A DNA stretch of 64,000 bases, taken from assembly GCF_009914755.1 (NCBI RefSeq), contig NC_060927.1, one strand, 5' to 3'. Shown here one piece after another: positions 1 through 17,800 of this stretch (its first letter is position 1; every line of letters starts with the position of its first letter). This DNA is from the human T2T-CHM13v2.0 reference genome, Homo sapiens. The notes under the pieces are model-generated. The model saw nothing but the letters and a program-made list of their open reading frames with translations, was not told the DNA's origin and ran no database searches. A program made the translations under genes and the position numbers.

Positions 1-827
1 TGAGTAGGAAGAGTCAAGCCACCTCTAACTTTCTAGGATGGCTTCTAAGGCTCTTCCCAGCTGAGTTTATATGACTTTACACAATTTGAAAAACATCCCT
101 AATTCATGAAATTAAAAGATTAAATAGAATAACTACATTTAAAGTAGGCATAGAGAAGAAATAAGTATCATAATAGAAAGAAAGTTGTCTTAATATTTTG
201 AGGAAGAAATGAAGCTGCCAAGGTTTGTAAAAATCAGTAATATTGCAAGGTTGTTGGAATGTGTTGTATCAATCAGAGGCTTTAAATGCCTGTCATAGAA
301 GTTCCAATAATGTTAATATGATATGACATCATGGCGCCCAGTAAGACGAAGCAAAAACATGAAAAGGATGTAAGAGTTTGGATATTTTCTGCCTCAGAAA
401 GTCATTGATTGTTAACCTTCTGACACTTCATATACTTAAGTATGATAATCATCTTTCTACCAGTCCACCCTGTCCTCCATCTTTCAACAATGAAATTTCT
501 TTCACATTCTCATTGATACCACTGAGGTCCCTAGTCTAAAAACTACTCACATGTAGTTTTGCAAGCCTCTAGTTACTTATTTCCTCCAACCTTCTAACAG
601 TCGCTCACTTCCCCAACATTGCTGTCAGATTGTTTTTTGCAAACGGAACTCTAACTAATTATATCCCCCTTCAATTTCTTTTTTTAGATTATCATTGCTA
701 TCAGATGATATGCTTGTATGTTTTAGGTACCTATATCAGTATGTATACATATGGATACGTTTTGTTTTTGATATGTATGCATGGTGATAGAAGCTATATA
801 TTACTACACATATAGTTAAAATACAAT

Positions 828-1185
828 TGTAGCAGCATTAGAATTTAGAGTTTATTTGAGCAGACTTTATTTTGCAACACGAGATTGCATGTTGTTTGGG
901 GCTTTCTTGAAGGGGCAAGAGAGGAGATGAAGGCTTTTACAGGGCAAATGTGGAAGTATGGCAAAAGTAAAGATTGTATTGGCTAGAGTGGAGCAGTAGT
1001 GTTATTTTAATCATTCTAGTGGAAAATCCTTAGTTAAAAATTAGCTAGGGGGTTTTGGTTGGTTACACTTAATTTTTGTTTTACCATTTACAATGAGTTG
1101 GATTCCTGTTTGCTTAGATACAAACCTAAGTTTATTAGGCTGGACCCATATCAGCCTAATAAACTTTTATTTAATTATTTTAACT
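828..1185 (-). mobile_element. ERV1 (MER4-group, MER93-like) LTR; boundaries approximate
   Basis: The reverse complement near 1185 reads like TGTTAAAATAATTAA..TTAGGCTGA. Better-preserved paralogous copies at ~40545-40660 and ~54640-54755 resemble the MER93 start as I remember it. Confidence 0.45.
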
Positions 1186-2330
1186 ATTTTCTCCCTTTTG
1201 ATCAGCCTCTCCATTATGGGATATTGACCAAAATTCAGGCACACTTGCCACTTTCCGTGACCAACACAGCTGGTTTGTCTTTGTCTCAGCATGGAACTCA
1301 TAAGTTACAATGTCTGGTCTCTTACAGAAGTGTTTCTTTTATGGACACTTTTTTTTTTGCTATTCTAATCACAGTGAGAAAATCTGGGACAGTGTGGTGG
1401 CTACAAACGTGTATTTAAAACTCTTGAGAAAATACAGCACACCAGGAAGATGACAATGACTATCACAAGGATACTACCAAGGGACTGGGGTATGCTCCAT
1501 AGCCAAAGTACACCTGAACCAAACCAACTGAAATAAACTAAAGGAGAACAAAAAGTTAATGTTTAAAGCTACTTGTAAGCTTAGCATGTGAGCCCAGAGG
1601 GCAGTTAGTTGAGAAGATTTTTAGATTTCAGCTCAAAGCATCTTTAGATGATGAAATAAAATGGCAGTTGCAGTCTGATAATTTTTCTGCTTTTCAGTCT
1701 GAATGTCTCTTGTCATGTCATTGAATGTTTGGTGAACTTCCTAAGTGGGACACTAAGCGTCATGCATGAAGATCATCCTCTGACATTTATATCAAGTTGT
1801 CCAGCCCTAGCTTGTAGCGCTTCAGGAATAGGACAATTTCTAAGTAGATAATAAAACATCAAAGACAATGGACAGAACTGGAATTTAATTATGGATGCAC
1901 TATATTTTTCTACTGAAACACGATTTTTCCCTCCATAATCACCCCATTTCTTTCAAATACAATTATAGTAAGACTGGTTTGTTTACCAAATAGGTCTACC
2001 TTCATTAAGCTTCAACTGAGTATTCATATAAGTGCAAGTTGGAATAGGAATTGATCGTCTCTTTTTAAGAAGCCCTTGTTACGACCTTTACTAAATAATC
2101 TCAGATTAGACTTTAAATGCTCCTCAAGCTATAAAGTCACACCAACAACATACTATTAATTTCACCGGCAGTACTGATAGATTTAGGTAAACTCCCCTGT
2201 ACTCAAAAAAGTCCTAAAAGTAACTCTCAGTTTCCTGGGCCTTCCAGAGTGTAAGGTCTCTCTTACTCTTTACCAGTATTGTTAGAAAGCTTGTGAGCAG
2301 CTGTCAGGCCAGATTTTCTCAAGGAGCTGG

Positions 2331-2753
2331 CTCTAGTTTTGTTCGATAAACACCCGCAAATCTCATGTTGAAATTTGATTCCAAATACTGGAGGTGTAGA
2401 AGATGTGAGGTGTTTGGGTCATGGGGGTCGATCTGTCATGAATGCCTTGGTGCCATCCTCATACTAGTAAGTATGTTCTTACTGTCTTAGTTCCCATGAG
2501 GGCTGATTGATAAAAGAGCCCAGCACTCCACTCTCTCTCTTTCGTTTCCTCTCTCACCACGTGATCACTACGCATGCCAGCTCCACTTCTCCTGCTGTCA
2601 TGAGTGAAGGAGGCTGAAGCCGTCATCAGAAGTGGACATTTAAGCCATGCTTTCAGTACAGCTTGCGGAATTGTTTTCCAAATAAACATCTTTTATTTAT
2701 AAATTACCCAGCCTCAAGTATTTCTTTATTACAACACTAAATGGAATAAGGCA
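2331..2753 (+). mobile_element. MaLR LTR (MSTB-like)
   Basis: Contains CAAATCTCATGTTGAAAT..., GTGTTTGGGTCATGGGGG and the end AATTACCCAGCCTCAAGTATT...AATGGAATAAGGCA. The same insertion is present in the paralog at 56145-56544. Confidence 0.8.
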
Positions 2754-3954
2754 GGGCATAATTAGCTCCATAAAGTTAATTCTTAATTTCTTAAAACTCT
2801 CCAGACATATCTAATTTTATTCACATTCTCAAATATGGCATTCCCTTCACAGTAGTGGTAATATTTACCATAATTATGTTATATTATAAGAACAGATTCT
2901 GATTAAAATTTTGCAAATGACTTTATTGCAATCAAAATAAAAATACTCGATGGTTTCTGAATTCTGGAGATAGCAGCTAAGGAGAAGAAGGTAAATGTAT
3001 TAGTTCTGTTTGCAAGTGTATACTTAGTCAAATTGTTTATGAAGTTCCTTTAATTCTGGTCTCATGTTATGTTTCTAAAGTTATCAGAAATCTTTACTTG
3101 TCAGAGCCTTTCCAGTAAATCTGTTGGGATTTTTAGTACAGCTTCTTCCACAATCATTCATGAAAGCATCAGAGTAACACAACAAGCTGTCTGTGAATTT
3201 CAAAGTTCTTCAAATGACCAAAGCTAAAAATCTGTTAGAGTTTATTTAAGTGCAATGGACATAGAGATTTTGTTACTCTGTGACACAAAACAGGATAATA
3301 ATTAGAATTATGACTGACAGTAGTACAATAGTGTTTAAGGATATATAAGAGTTCTGGAAATTTCATAAAAGTCTAGATTATTATATTAATGAAATGTGTC
3401 TGTACAAATATAATAAAGAATGAAAACCATCACCTTTATTGGATAATGCTTCCCATCGAATTTAATGCATCAAAAAGCCTTTTTATAAGAGATGAAACAA
3501 TTCTTTTTATGAGAGATGAAACAAATTCTTTTAAGATATTCTAGAGGCTCATCTGAGAAATCCCAATGTCCAAGGTCAAAAAAGACTTAAATCAGAATTT
3601 AATTGTGGGAAGTTTGTTTAAAATATTAAATGATTTAAATAATTGATTAAACATAGTCATATGTCACTATGAAACAACATCACAGTGGAAAAAGATTTCA
3701 AAGGCAAATAGAAAAATGTATGTTAGTGTAAAAGAAAAATTGTAGCTTTTTTAACATTGAGAAAACTCAGTTTTTTTTAAAGTAATCAAGTACCAATAAA
3801 AGATAACATAAATCAGGGAGGTGGAGCCAAGATGGCCGAATAGGAACAGCTCCAGTCTACAGCTCCCAGCGTGACTGATGCAGAAGACGGGTGATTTCTG
3901 CATTTCCATCTGAGGTACCAGGTTCATCTCACTAAGGAGTGCCAGACAGTGGGT

Positions 3955-4269
3955 TCAGGACAGTGGGTGCAGTGCACCGTGTGCGAGCCAAAGCAGGGCG
4001 AGGCTTTGCCTCACTCTGGAAGTGCAAGGGGTCAGGGAGTTCCCTTTCCTAGTCAAAGAAAGGGGTGACAGAGGGCATCTGGAAAATCGGGTCACTCCCA
4101 CCCTAATACTGCACTTTTCCAATGGGCTTAAAAAACGGCACACCAGGAGATTATATCCCGCAGCGGGCTCAGACGGTCCTATGCCCACAGAGTCTCGCTA
4201 ATTGCTAGCACAGCAGTCTGAGATCAAACTGCAAGGTGGCAGCGAGGCTGAAGGAGGGGCGCCTGCCAT
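3955..4269 (-). pseudogene. L1 antisense ORF0 homolog, interrupted by a premature stop
   Basis: ATG at 4269 (minus) gives MAGAPPSASLPPCSLISDCCASN*, with TAG at codon 24. The in-frame remainder is the track ORF 3955..4188 (GPSEP...IRVGVTRFSRC). Confidence 0.8.
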
Positions 4270-4862
4270 TGCCCAGGCTTGATTAGGTAAACAAAGCAGC
4301 CAGGAAGCTCCAACTGGGTGGAGCCCACCACAGCTCAAGGAGGTCTTCCTGCCTCTGTAGGCTCCACCTCTGGGGGCAGGGCACAGACAAATAGAAAGAC
4401 AGCAGTAACCTCTGCAGGCTTAAATGTCTCTGTCTGACAGCTTTGAAGAGAGTAGTGGTTCTCCCAGCACGCAGCTGGAGATCTGAGAACAGGCAGACTG
4501 CCTCCTCAAGTGGGTCCCTGACCCCTGAGCAGCCTAACTGGGAGGCACCCTCCAGTAGGGGCAGACTGACACCTCACACTGCTGGGTACTCCTCTGAGAC
4601 AAAACTTCCAGAGGAGCGATCAGGCAGCAGCACTTGCGGTTCACCAAGATCCGCTGTTCTACAGACACTGCTGTTCTGCAGCCACCGCTGCTGATACCCA
4701 GGCAAACAGGGTCTGGAGTGGACCTCTAGCAAACTCCAACAGACCTGCAGCTGAGGGTCCTGTCTGTTAGAAGGAAAACTAACAAACAGAAAGGACATCC
4801 ACACCAAAAATCCATCTGTACATCACCATCATCAAAGACCAAAAGTAGATAAAACCACAAAG

Positions 4863-5878
4863 ATGGGGAAAAAACAGAGCAGAAAAACTGGAAACTCTAA
4901 AAAGCAGAACACCTCTCCTCTTCCAGAGGAATGCAGCTCCTCACCAGCAATGGAACAAAGCTGGACGGAGAATGACTTTGACAAGTTGAGAGAAGAAGTC
5001 TTCAGATGATCAAACTACTCTGAGCTACAGGAGGAAATTCAAACCAATGGCAAAGAAGTTAAAAACTTTGAAAAAAAATTAGACGAATGGATACCTAGAA
5101 TAACCAATGCAGAGAAGTCCTTAAAGGAGCTGATGGAGCTGAAAGCCAAGGCTCGAGAACTATGTGAAGAATGCAGAAGCCTCAGGAGCTGATGTGATCA
5201 ACTGGAAGAAAGGGTATTAGTGATGGAAGATGAAATGAATGAAATGAAGTGAGAAGGGAAGTTTAGAGAAAAAAGAATAAAAAGAAATGAACAAAGCCTC
5301 CAAGAAATATGGACTATGTGAAAAGACCAAAACTATGACTGATTGGTGTACCTGAAAGTGACGGGGAGAATGGAACCAAGTTGGAAAACACTCTGCAGGA
5401 TATTATCTAGGAGAACTTCCCCAATCTAGCAAGGTGGGCCAACACTCAGATTCAGGAAATATAGAGAATGCCACAATGATACTCCTCGAGAAGAGCAACT
5501 CCAAGACACATAATTGTCAGATTTGCCCAAGTTGAAATGAAGGAAAAAATGTTAAGGGCAGCCAGAGAGAAAGGTTGGGTTACCCACAAAGGGAAGCCCA
5601 TCAGACTAACAGCGGATCTCTTGGCAGAAACTCTACAATCCAGAAGAGAGTGGGAGCCAATATTCAACATTCTGAAAGAAAAGAATTTTCAACACAGAAT
5701 TTCATATCCAGACAAACTAAGCTTCATAAGTGAAGGAGAAATAAAATACTTTACAGACAAGCAAATGCTGAGAGATTTTGTCACCACCAGGCCTGCCCTA
5801 AAAGAGCTCCTGAAGGAAGCACTAAACATGGAAAGGAACAACTGGTAACAGCCACTGCAAAAACATGCCAAAATGTAA
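4863..5878 (+). pseudogene. L1 ORF1p (RNA-binding chaperone), disrupted
   Basis: Starts ATGGGGAAAAAACAGAGC with several in-frame stops. The C-terminal fragment 5537..5848 carries the REKG, SRREW and YPDKLS motif remnants. Confidence 0.92.
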
Positions 5879-5941
5879 AGACCATCGAGGCTAGGAAGAA
5901 ACCGCATCAACTAACGAGCAAAATAACCAGCTAACATCATA

Positions 5942-9763
<3,822 letters not shown>

Positions 9764-11471
9764 ACAATGAGAACACATGGACACAGGAAGGGGAACATCA
9801 CACACCAGGGACTGTTGTGGGGTGGGGGGAGGGGGTAGGGATAGCATTAGGAGATATACCTAATGCTAAATGATGAGTTAATGGGTGCAGCACACCAACA
9901 TGCCACATGTATACATATGTAACAAACCTGCACATTGTGCACATGTACCCTAAAACTTAAAGTATAATAATAATAAAATTTTAAAAAGATAACAAATCAG
10001 AAAATTATCTTGACAAAATATAAAATATTTGTTTTCCAGGCCACTTACTTAAAATGTAAAGAATAAACATTACCAATTTCCAATGAGAGCAGGCCCATAT
10101 ACACTGTGAAAACTTTTCATTTTAACAGAATAGACCAAATTATAGTTTTACAATGGTTTACTTTTAATATTAAGACCTCTTAAAATAAATTCATTCTAGC
10201 CGATTTGACCATGCAAGATTCTCTTTCACTTCCCAATTTTCTGTGTTCACTTGGTTTCTGTTCTTCCCTCATTCATTTTGAAATACACTTCTCGGATACT
10301 TAGCATATAAGGATGTTTCCCTTATGTTATTTAGTAGTGATGATTATCACACATTAATTATAATTCTTAACTCTTAGTAACTTTCTTTTCTGGGATATAA
10401 GCAATTGCCAAATAAGCATCACACCAGCATTTTACAGATTGGCAAATCTCTGAATATACAATTTCATAATTTCTAGAAGCATGTGCTTTCCCGTTACATA
10501 ATTCTTCCATGTGGCACAGGACATGTTTGCTAATGACCACAAATATTTTTATTTCTTCTGTAACAAGAAGTACAAAGTAGATAAGTATATGCTCAGCAAT
10601 TAATGTTTTAATATTTTTTCTTATTTGGAAATAATCCAGATATTCAATGACTATTGGCAATTTAATTCAACTGTGTGAAACTCTAAGGGTATAATTTATC
10701 AGAGAGAAGAGGGGAGGCATTTTTAAGCAGATCTATTAGTAAACATAGTTATAGTTTAAAAGTTCATTTATAAACTTTTATTGTACTTAGATCTACTTAA
10801 TTCACTTGTTCTAAATTGTTTGGGTTACTCATGAAAATTTCATAAGACATTAGACAAAACTAGTTACCTCTCAAATTACTTTCTTGTTAACTATACAGCA
10901 CATTTATGTCAGTCAGTCATCATGAAAGCAAAAATATAAAAGTCAAATATATGTTTTTGTTGTTTTATTGCTGTGCCTGATATATATGAAGTAAATGCTA
11001 TCACATTTTCACATAGGTGTTTAGGTTGAACTGTTAGTTTTCTGAATTTAAACATCAGTTAGAGATAATATAAACTTATTTGACTAGTAAACTCAGCTAA
11101 CATAAAAGTTGTGTGTTTGTATTATATTTAATTTTGAAAACTCTGAAGAGATGTCTATTTTAGTTAAACCAACAAACTTGAAGTAGCTTTGACTTAACAG
11201 AGATTATCATAGATAATGTGAACCTTAAAAATATATTGGTGAATTTCCATCTTTCTGAGTTTAAGGAATCCTTAATTCATATAAGCATATATTCTTCTAT
11301 AGGCCAAATGAATAGAACTAGAATACAAATTAATTTTGCAATACCATCCAAAGGTAGCAAAATGTCACCTATACAACATATAGACATACATAAACTTACA
11401 GAAAGAAGCAAATATTATAGAGTTCATTCTAAAATTGTAGCCCCATGTCAGGTACAATAACAACAAACTCA

Positions 11472-11770
<299 letters not shown>

Positions 11771-12997
11771 AATTTATAAGACTCTCTAGACATGAATTGT
11801 TCTTCTCATGGTTGGAAGAAGTTAAGATGTCTTGCCCAGATGACCAAAGCTTTTTATTAATATTTTTGGAAAATGTTTTTACTATTTTTCATTTGACCCA
11901 TTTACAAATGCCTCTTTTTTGTTCAGATGTGATGTGTCCTTGAAATTTGCATATAAAATATAAAGTTCTCATACCTTACAGTAGACATGTAAGAATATTT
12001 ACATGTTAAAGTCACAGTGCTTAGATTTCAGACTTAAGTACCACAGTTTTCCAAAACAAATAAACAAAAAGAGTGTTGAGACCCAGTTAAGACAAGACAG
12101 CCAAGATAACCACCTTAAACAAAGGTAGGTTTTGTGATGTAGATAAAGTTACTACCTTCTCCATTATTTAGAGGTTTAGTCCTACTACTCTTCCTGGACC
12201 AGATATGTAGATCTCTTACAAATGGAGATTGTTTTAAATTTCTCTTCTAAAGGGAATCTCAAAACAACCAAATCAAAATAGTCTTTATGCCAATAGGTAA
12301 AATATTTTGGTAATTATTTGGCCTCATCATTCACATATCATTCCAGTTTTTGTTTTGTAACTACATTAAAGATTTCAGGGTGGATCTTATCATTGAATAG
12401 AACAAGGATTTTCTACTCCTGAAATGAACATAGATTGACCACAATGTTTTACAAATAGTACCTCTAATCTTGCCTTATATTCAGAGACTGGTTTATCCTT
12501 TTTTCTTTGATTGCATGACAGACAAGTGAGTTTTTGATGAAATACTTTGGGGATGGATTCTAAGAGATTATTTCCTATTTCCTCAGCACTTTTGTTCTTT
12601 CCCTGGAAGATTGAGGGATTGGATCTTTGCTGTCTGTCTTAGGTATGCAACATTTAGCTTCAGCTACAGGCTTCACTAGGTTCCAGGATCATGTGAATAA
12701 ACTGGTACAGATCAAAGAGTCCTAAATCATATGATCCAAGAAGAATTAGAAATTCCACAGAAAATTTCTGGGGCATATGTTTGGGAGAGAATATTTTTCA
12801 CTATTGCTCTGAGCTCAGATTTTGACCAAGGTGCAAAAATTGGTAAAGAGAAGGCAGGCTTAGTTGATCTGATGAACTGAATTTATATGGTAATTGACTA
12901 GATTTTTTTTTATATTCTTACAGGTGAAAACATAACTGAACAAAAGCCTTAGTAGACTCAGAGTTATGAGTTAGAGGATAATATAGAGAAATATAGA

Positions 12998-13886
12998 TGA
13001 AACTGCCATTGCAAAGATTATGAAAATGAGAAAAAACTCACATAGGAATATTTTGTCAGTGAATCTGAAACAGGAAAATTAGACAGTACTTCTAAACAAG
13101 CTGACTTTCTTTATTCCTGTGTGTAGGCCAAACTACATTTGGGAAGAATTTACTTTATAGTGTTTGACTTTGAAACAAAGACGACAAGAGCCCCCCCTCA
13201 AAGCAAACCTCCTCCTTGCTTGGGGCCCACCTTTATCCTCAAACCAATGAATCAGCATTCCCCATTTCCTAACCCTCTTCCTGAAAAAGTATCTTTAAAA
13301 ACCCCTAGCCTTTGGCGTGCATGGTGGCTCATTTTTTTAATCCCGGCATTTTGTGAGGCTGAGGCAGACCAATCACTTGAGGTCAGGAGTTTGAGACCAG
13401 CCTGGCAAGCATGGTAATATCCTGTTTCTTCTAAAAACACAAAAATTAGCTAGGCGTGAGGGTACACATTTGTAATCACAGATACTTGGGGGTCTGAGAC
13501 ACGAGAATCACCTGAACCCAGGAGGTGGAGGAGGTTGCAGTGAGCAGACTTCCTGCCACTGCACTTGAGCCTGGGTGATGGAGTGACTCTGTCTCAAAAA
13601 AAAAAAAAAAAAACAAAATAAATAATAGAAAGAAAGAGAGAGAGAAAGAAAGAGAAAAGGAGAAGAAAAGAAAAGAAAAGAAAAAGGAAAAGAAAAGAGA
13701 ACCAACACTCTAGCCTCTGACTATTTGGAGAGTTTGACTTGAGTTATAATTAAACTCTGCTTTCCCATTTAGCCAGGTAATAAATTGGAATTGTGTGCAT
13801 TAAAATTTTCCCCTGTTGCAATTCCCCTGTCTTGATAATTGGCTCTAACCAGATAGCAGGCAAGAAGAACTCATTTGGTGGTAACA
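12998..13886 (+). mobile_element. LTR8-family (ERV1) solo LTR, interrupted by an Alu
   Basis: Runs TGAAACTGCCATTGCAAAGATTATGA...GGTAACA with 4-bp TSD TAGA (12994-12997 and 13887-13890). Paralog at 58275-59027. Confidence 0.75.
13313..13700 (+). mobile_element. Alu (old AluS/J) with an A/GA-rich expanded tail
   Basis: Alu dimer with tail 13596-13700. Degenerate TSD ACCCCTAGCCT / ACTCTAGCCT. Confidence 0.9.
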
Positions 13887-13951
13887 TAGACAGAAGGAGC
13901 AATTGGAGTTAAGTTAGTCATTGACTCACACACAGACTCTATGGAAAAAAT

Positions 13952-13962
13952 ACACACACACA

Positions 13963-13998
<36 letters not shown>
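13952..13998. repeat. (CA)n microsatellite, one TA interruption
   Basis: Read directly. Confidence 0.95.
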
Positions 13999-13999
<1 letters not shown>

Positions 14000-14306
14000 T
14001 CTAATTGGATAGAAAGGTAGAATGACATTTTGAAGGCAGTGTAAGAACACCACCTATGAGGGAATACATTGCAAGACTGTCTTTGTTTTTTCTTCTCTTT
14101 TCCCCTGACCTTTGCCTAATAAAATTTCTCATCAGATTTCCACTCACCTGAAAGTTAGGAAAATATCTGGAGTTTGAGCTACAGTTTCATGACGTGGACA
14201 ATTTTACTTGGGATTGGCTTATGAAGGGAATCTAGATCACTGGCCTTATTAAAATCATGACTAACTCGGATGAGACTATGCTAATCAAAACACTAAAAGC
14301 ATCCAG

Positions 14307-14382
14307 TTTTTTTTATTATTATCATACTTTAAGTTCTGGGATACATGTCAGAACGTACAGGTTTGTTACATAGGTATACATG
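14307..14382 (-). mobile_element. Very short L1PA 3' end
   Basis: T-run then TATACTTTAAGTTCTGGGATACATG-like...GGTTTGTTACATAGGTATACATG, flanked by AGCATCCAGTTTT and AGCATTCAGTTTT. Confidence 0.8.
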
Positions 14383-14392
14383 GAGCATTCAG

Positions 14393-14538
14393 TTTTTAAA
14401 AATCAACATTTATTTTAAGTTCTGTGGTATATGTGCAGGTTTGTTATATAGGTAAATGTGTGCCACGGTGGTTTGCTACACAAATGAACACATCACCTAC
14501 TTATTAAGCTCAGCATCCATTAGCTATTCTTCTTGATG
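14393..14538 (-). mobile_element. Older L1PA 3' end fragment
   Basis: TTTTAAGTTCTGTGGTATATGTGCAGGTTTGTTATATAGGTAAA...CATTAGCTATTCTTCTTGATG. Confidence 0.75.
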
Positions 14539-14808
14539 AAAAACATCTAATTTTATATACAAACTGAAGTTTGCATAAAATGTCAGAAGTGAAGCATATT
14601 GTGGGAAACTGTGGCATAAAGTGTAATTTCAATTGTAAAAACTAGAACTGGCTTACAGTGACTTAATATTTATGATTCTGAAGTCCATAGCACACTGTGG
14701 AATAATCTGTATTTCACATACACATTTAAATCTACAATGCCCAGTTGAAGATCTCCACTTTATCCACGTGGAATTATTACCATTTTTTCTTTATATTTCC
14801 TGTATCAG

Positions 14809-17800
14809 TGATATGGCTCTGATGAGTTGAGGAACACCAGGGTTGTTTGTCTCTCGTTGAATTGGAAAAAATGACATGGACACACATGAAAACTTTTCTG
14901 GAGCTGCTTTAAAAAGAAACAAAAACTTTTCAAGGATTGCTTTTCCTTTTTATCTGTCTAAAATAATTTCTTAATAAATCCTACCACATTCCCACCTGTG
15001 GAAATATCACCCTAATTGCTGTTAGGGGGTTTTGGGTGATGACTGTTTCTGGCTATTTCCTGCTGAAAGGGACATCAGATGGGGAACAGCACTAGGGCTC
15101 CTCCTGGGGGTGATCTAAGGTCCTTGGAAGAACAGCTTGTCCTTGTGTTGTTTAGTTTGCAGCACCATCTGGAGCTTGATTAGTTCTACATGAGAAGAAA
15201 CAATTTGAGTTATAATATTGAGTATAAAGGGTCCAAATATTAATACAAGACATATAAGCAAGAGAAGGTTTACCAAAGGGGTTAGCCAATTCCATAAAGA
15301 ACAGTGGAATTCATTAAAGAGGGATAGTAGCCACCCAGGGCTGAGGCCTGCACTTTCTCTGAGCCTGTCAATAATTTTGATTTGACTGTTAAGTTCATGT
15401 AGGTTTTCCTCTACTTTACTAGAGGTGTTAATCCAAGATATAGAGTTTCCCTTTGGGGGTCTATGAAGTTCATTGGTTTGATTTTCCTCAACAAAGAAAC
15501 CTCTGAGTTATGGGCACCCTACTCACTTTTATTACCTGGCAGAATTAGTAGGATAAAATTGCACAGAACTAGCATATCTCTTAGTGTGGGGTGGGGATGT
15601 TTCCTTATCTTTCAGGTGGCCAAGGGCATGCTTCTCTGATTTATAACCACTATTAGCCATCATTTACAGTGTATTTTCTACCTATTTATTACACATCAAA
15701 GCTCTCTCATAATGTGAAGTAATTTTCTACCCCCAAAACTCAAAATGGTAGATAACACAATGCATAACAGAATAAAGATTTTGATTCTGACAGGGAACTA
15801 CCTGCTTTTAATTTTGGGGATTTCATGAGGAAAATAGTTTTTTTTTTTTTCCCCAAAATGAGGTCTGTGAGGCCTCCTCTGTTTTCCCAAGGAGTCCCAC
15901 GCTACCATAAGTTATCTTAAGGCCTCCCATGAATTCATTAAGAGTGGTAAGACAAAAAATCGAGAAAAATAATTCAGTCAACTGAAAAGAGGACATTTTC
16001 AGAAAACAAGAGCCAAGAAGAGAAAAACAAAAAGGCCTTTTAAATATACCTATAAATTGAATATCCACTTTTAATTAAGCTGAGCACTCTTTAAGAAAAT
16101 CCTTTCAAATCCCATGTTACTTGACTTTAGCCATGCCAAGCAGTTAAGATTTTCAGCCTTTGAACTTTACAGAAAGCAACCTCTCAGGTGAAATCAATGA
16201 GTCTTAATTAGGTTATTGCTGAGTCTGTCCTGCAGACTCTGGCCGAGCGACAGTGAAAGAGATCCAACTAAAACAACTCCATATTTTTTCCAGCCTCCAA
16301 GCTGTCCTTGCCCATCCCTGGGCATAGGCTGAACCAACTTTGGGAGGAGGCTGGTTTACAGTTTATAGTCTAAAACAAAGATGATATCAGCTGCTTCCCA
16401 AGATATACTACCCTCTTGCCTGGGGACCAGACCAAGAAACAAGCCACAAGATTAGAAACCATGGCCTAGGAGCCATGAAAGTGGAGGCTACAAGATTTTG
16501 AACCTTCCTAAACTGCTCTTGAGACCAGTGTTTATGATGTTTTGTAAACCCTGTCCTTGATGGACCAACTGGCACCACCCAGATTGACAAACTGGCTTAT
16601 CTGATTTTGTGGCCCTTACCCAGGAACTGACTTAGCACAAGAAGACAGCCACCATTGTAAAATGGCGGAGACTAAAACACAGTATTGCCATGCGGTTACA
16701 GGTCATGTTCCCAAAGACATGAAACAAGACGGAGGTTTGTAGCCAACTTTGTTACTGACCGTTTTGTTGGGTTGGCTCAAACAGTAGGCTTATGGGGTCC
16801 TTGGCCTGCATCCTGAAGTAAAATGTGTTTTCTTTGACAGAACCATACAGAAAGAGATGCAAAGCATACCAGATAGTCTACAGCTTAAGAACAATCTCAC
16901 AAATCTTTTGTCATTAATTATAAATTTACAGAGATAAACAATGATCCTTATTATCCCTTTTACCGGCTTGCACAGGGAGAGAGAATTCAAAAGCCCAACT
17001 GGTAAGAAATTTTTAAACTTTTGCCAGCATATTAGGCTTCTCGGTTTCTTCCCACCTAGCTCAACTCTAAGCCAAGTGTTTTAAGGTTTTTTTCCAGATT
17101 GGAAGAACATTAAAAAAGAGATAGAAGCCATTTTAAACCATGAAAGAAGGAAAACGCCATAGAAAGGAGTTCCATTAGGGTTGTTAAGACGTATTGCCTC
17201 TTTTCCTACTGGAAATCGTGTTTCCCCTATTTCTTTGCCTTCTCTATTTTCTCTTTTTTCTTTTAGCCTACTGTAGGAGGCATATTGCTTATCTTCAAAA
17301 CACTCTTCTGCTTGCAGACCTGCCTGTTTTAGCTGCAGTTAGGGTTTGGCTTAGGAGCAGCATAACATTCCTCCATGAGAGGTTAAATACGAGAGGTAAA
17401 TTTTGGAAAGCTTCTGTATACCTATCAGAGTCAGAAAATCAGCCTAAGTCTCCCTTTACTTGTCTAAGGTCCTGAAATGAGAAGGGAACTTGAAGGAGCT
17501 CCAAACAAGGGAATCCTCAGATGGTTTCCCTGGAACTTGCTCCTGTAATTTTGGGGAATTATTCTCTTTATGACTGCCTGATATGATTGCTAAAAGAGCT
17601 GGGTTAATTTTGCAACACTTACAAAGGTGTAGTAAGAAAGGCCATGCCCTTGTGCAAAAGAAAATAAGCCACTTTTTCTTCAAAGTTTAAGGTCAAAGGA
17701 GTCCCAGTGCTTCAAAATACACTCCAGGGGAGTGCATATTGAAGATGATCTGTTACCCATTTAGAAAAAGAAGAGAGAATAAAAGCATTCTTTTAGTCTC

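Noticed and set aside
630-2689. Short ORFs in AT-rich or LTR sequence, here and throughout the track
   Set aside because: They have no recognisable domains, often use non-ATG starts, and their frames are not preserved between paralogous units.
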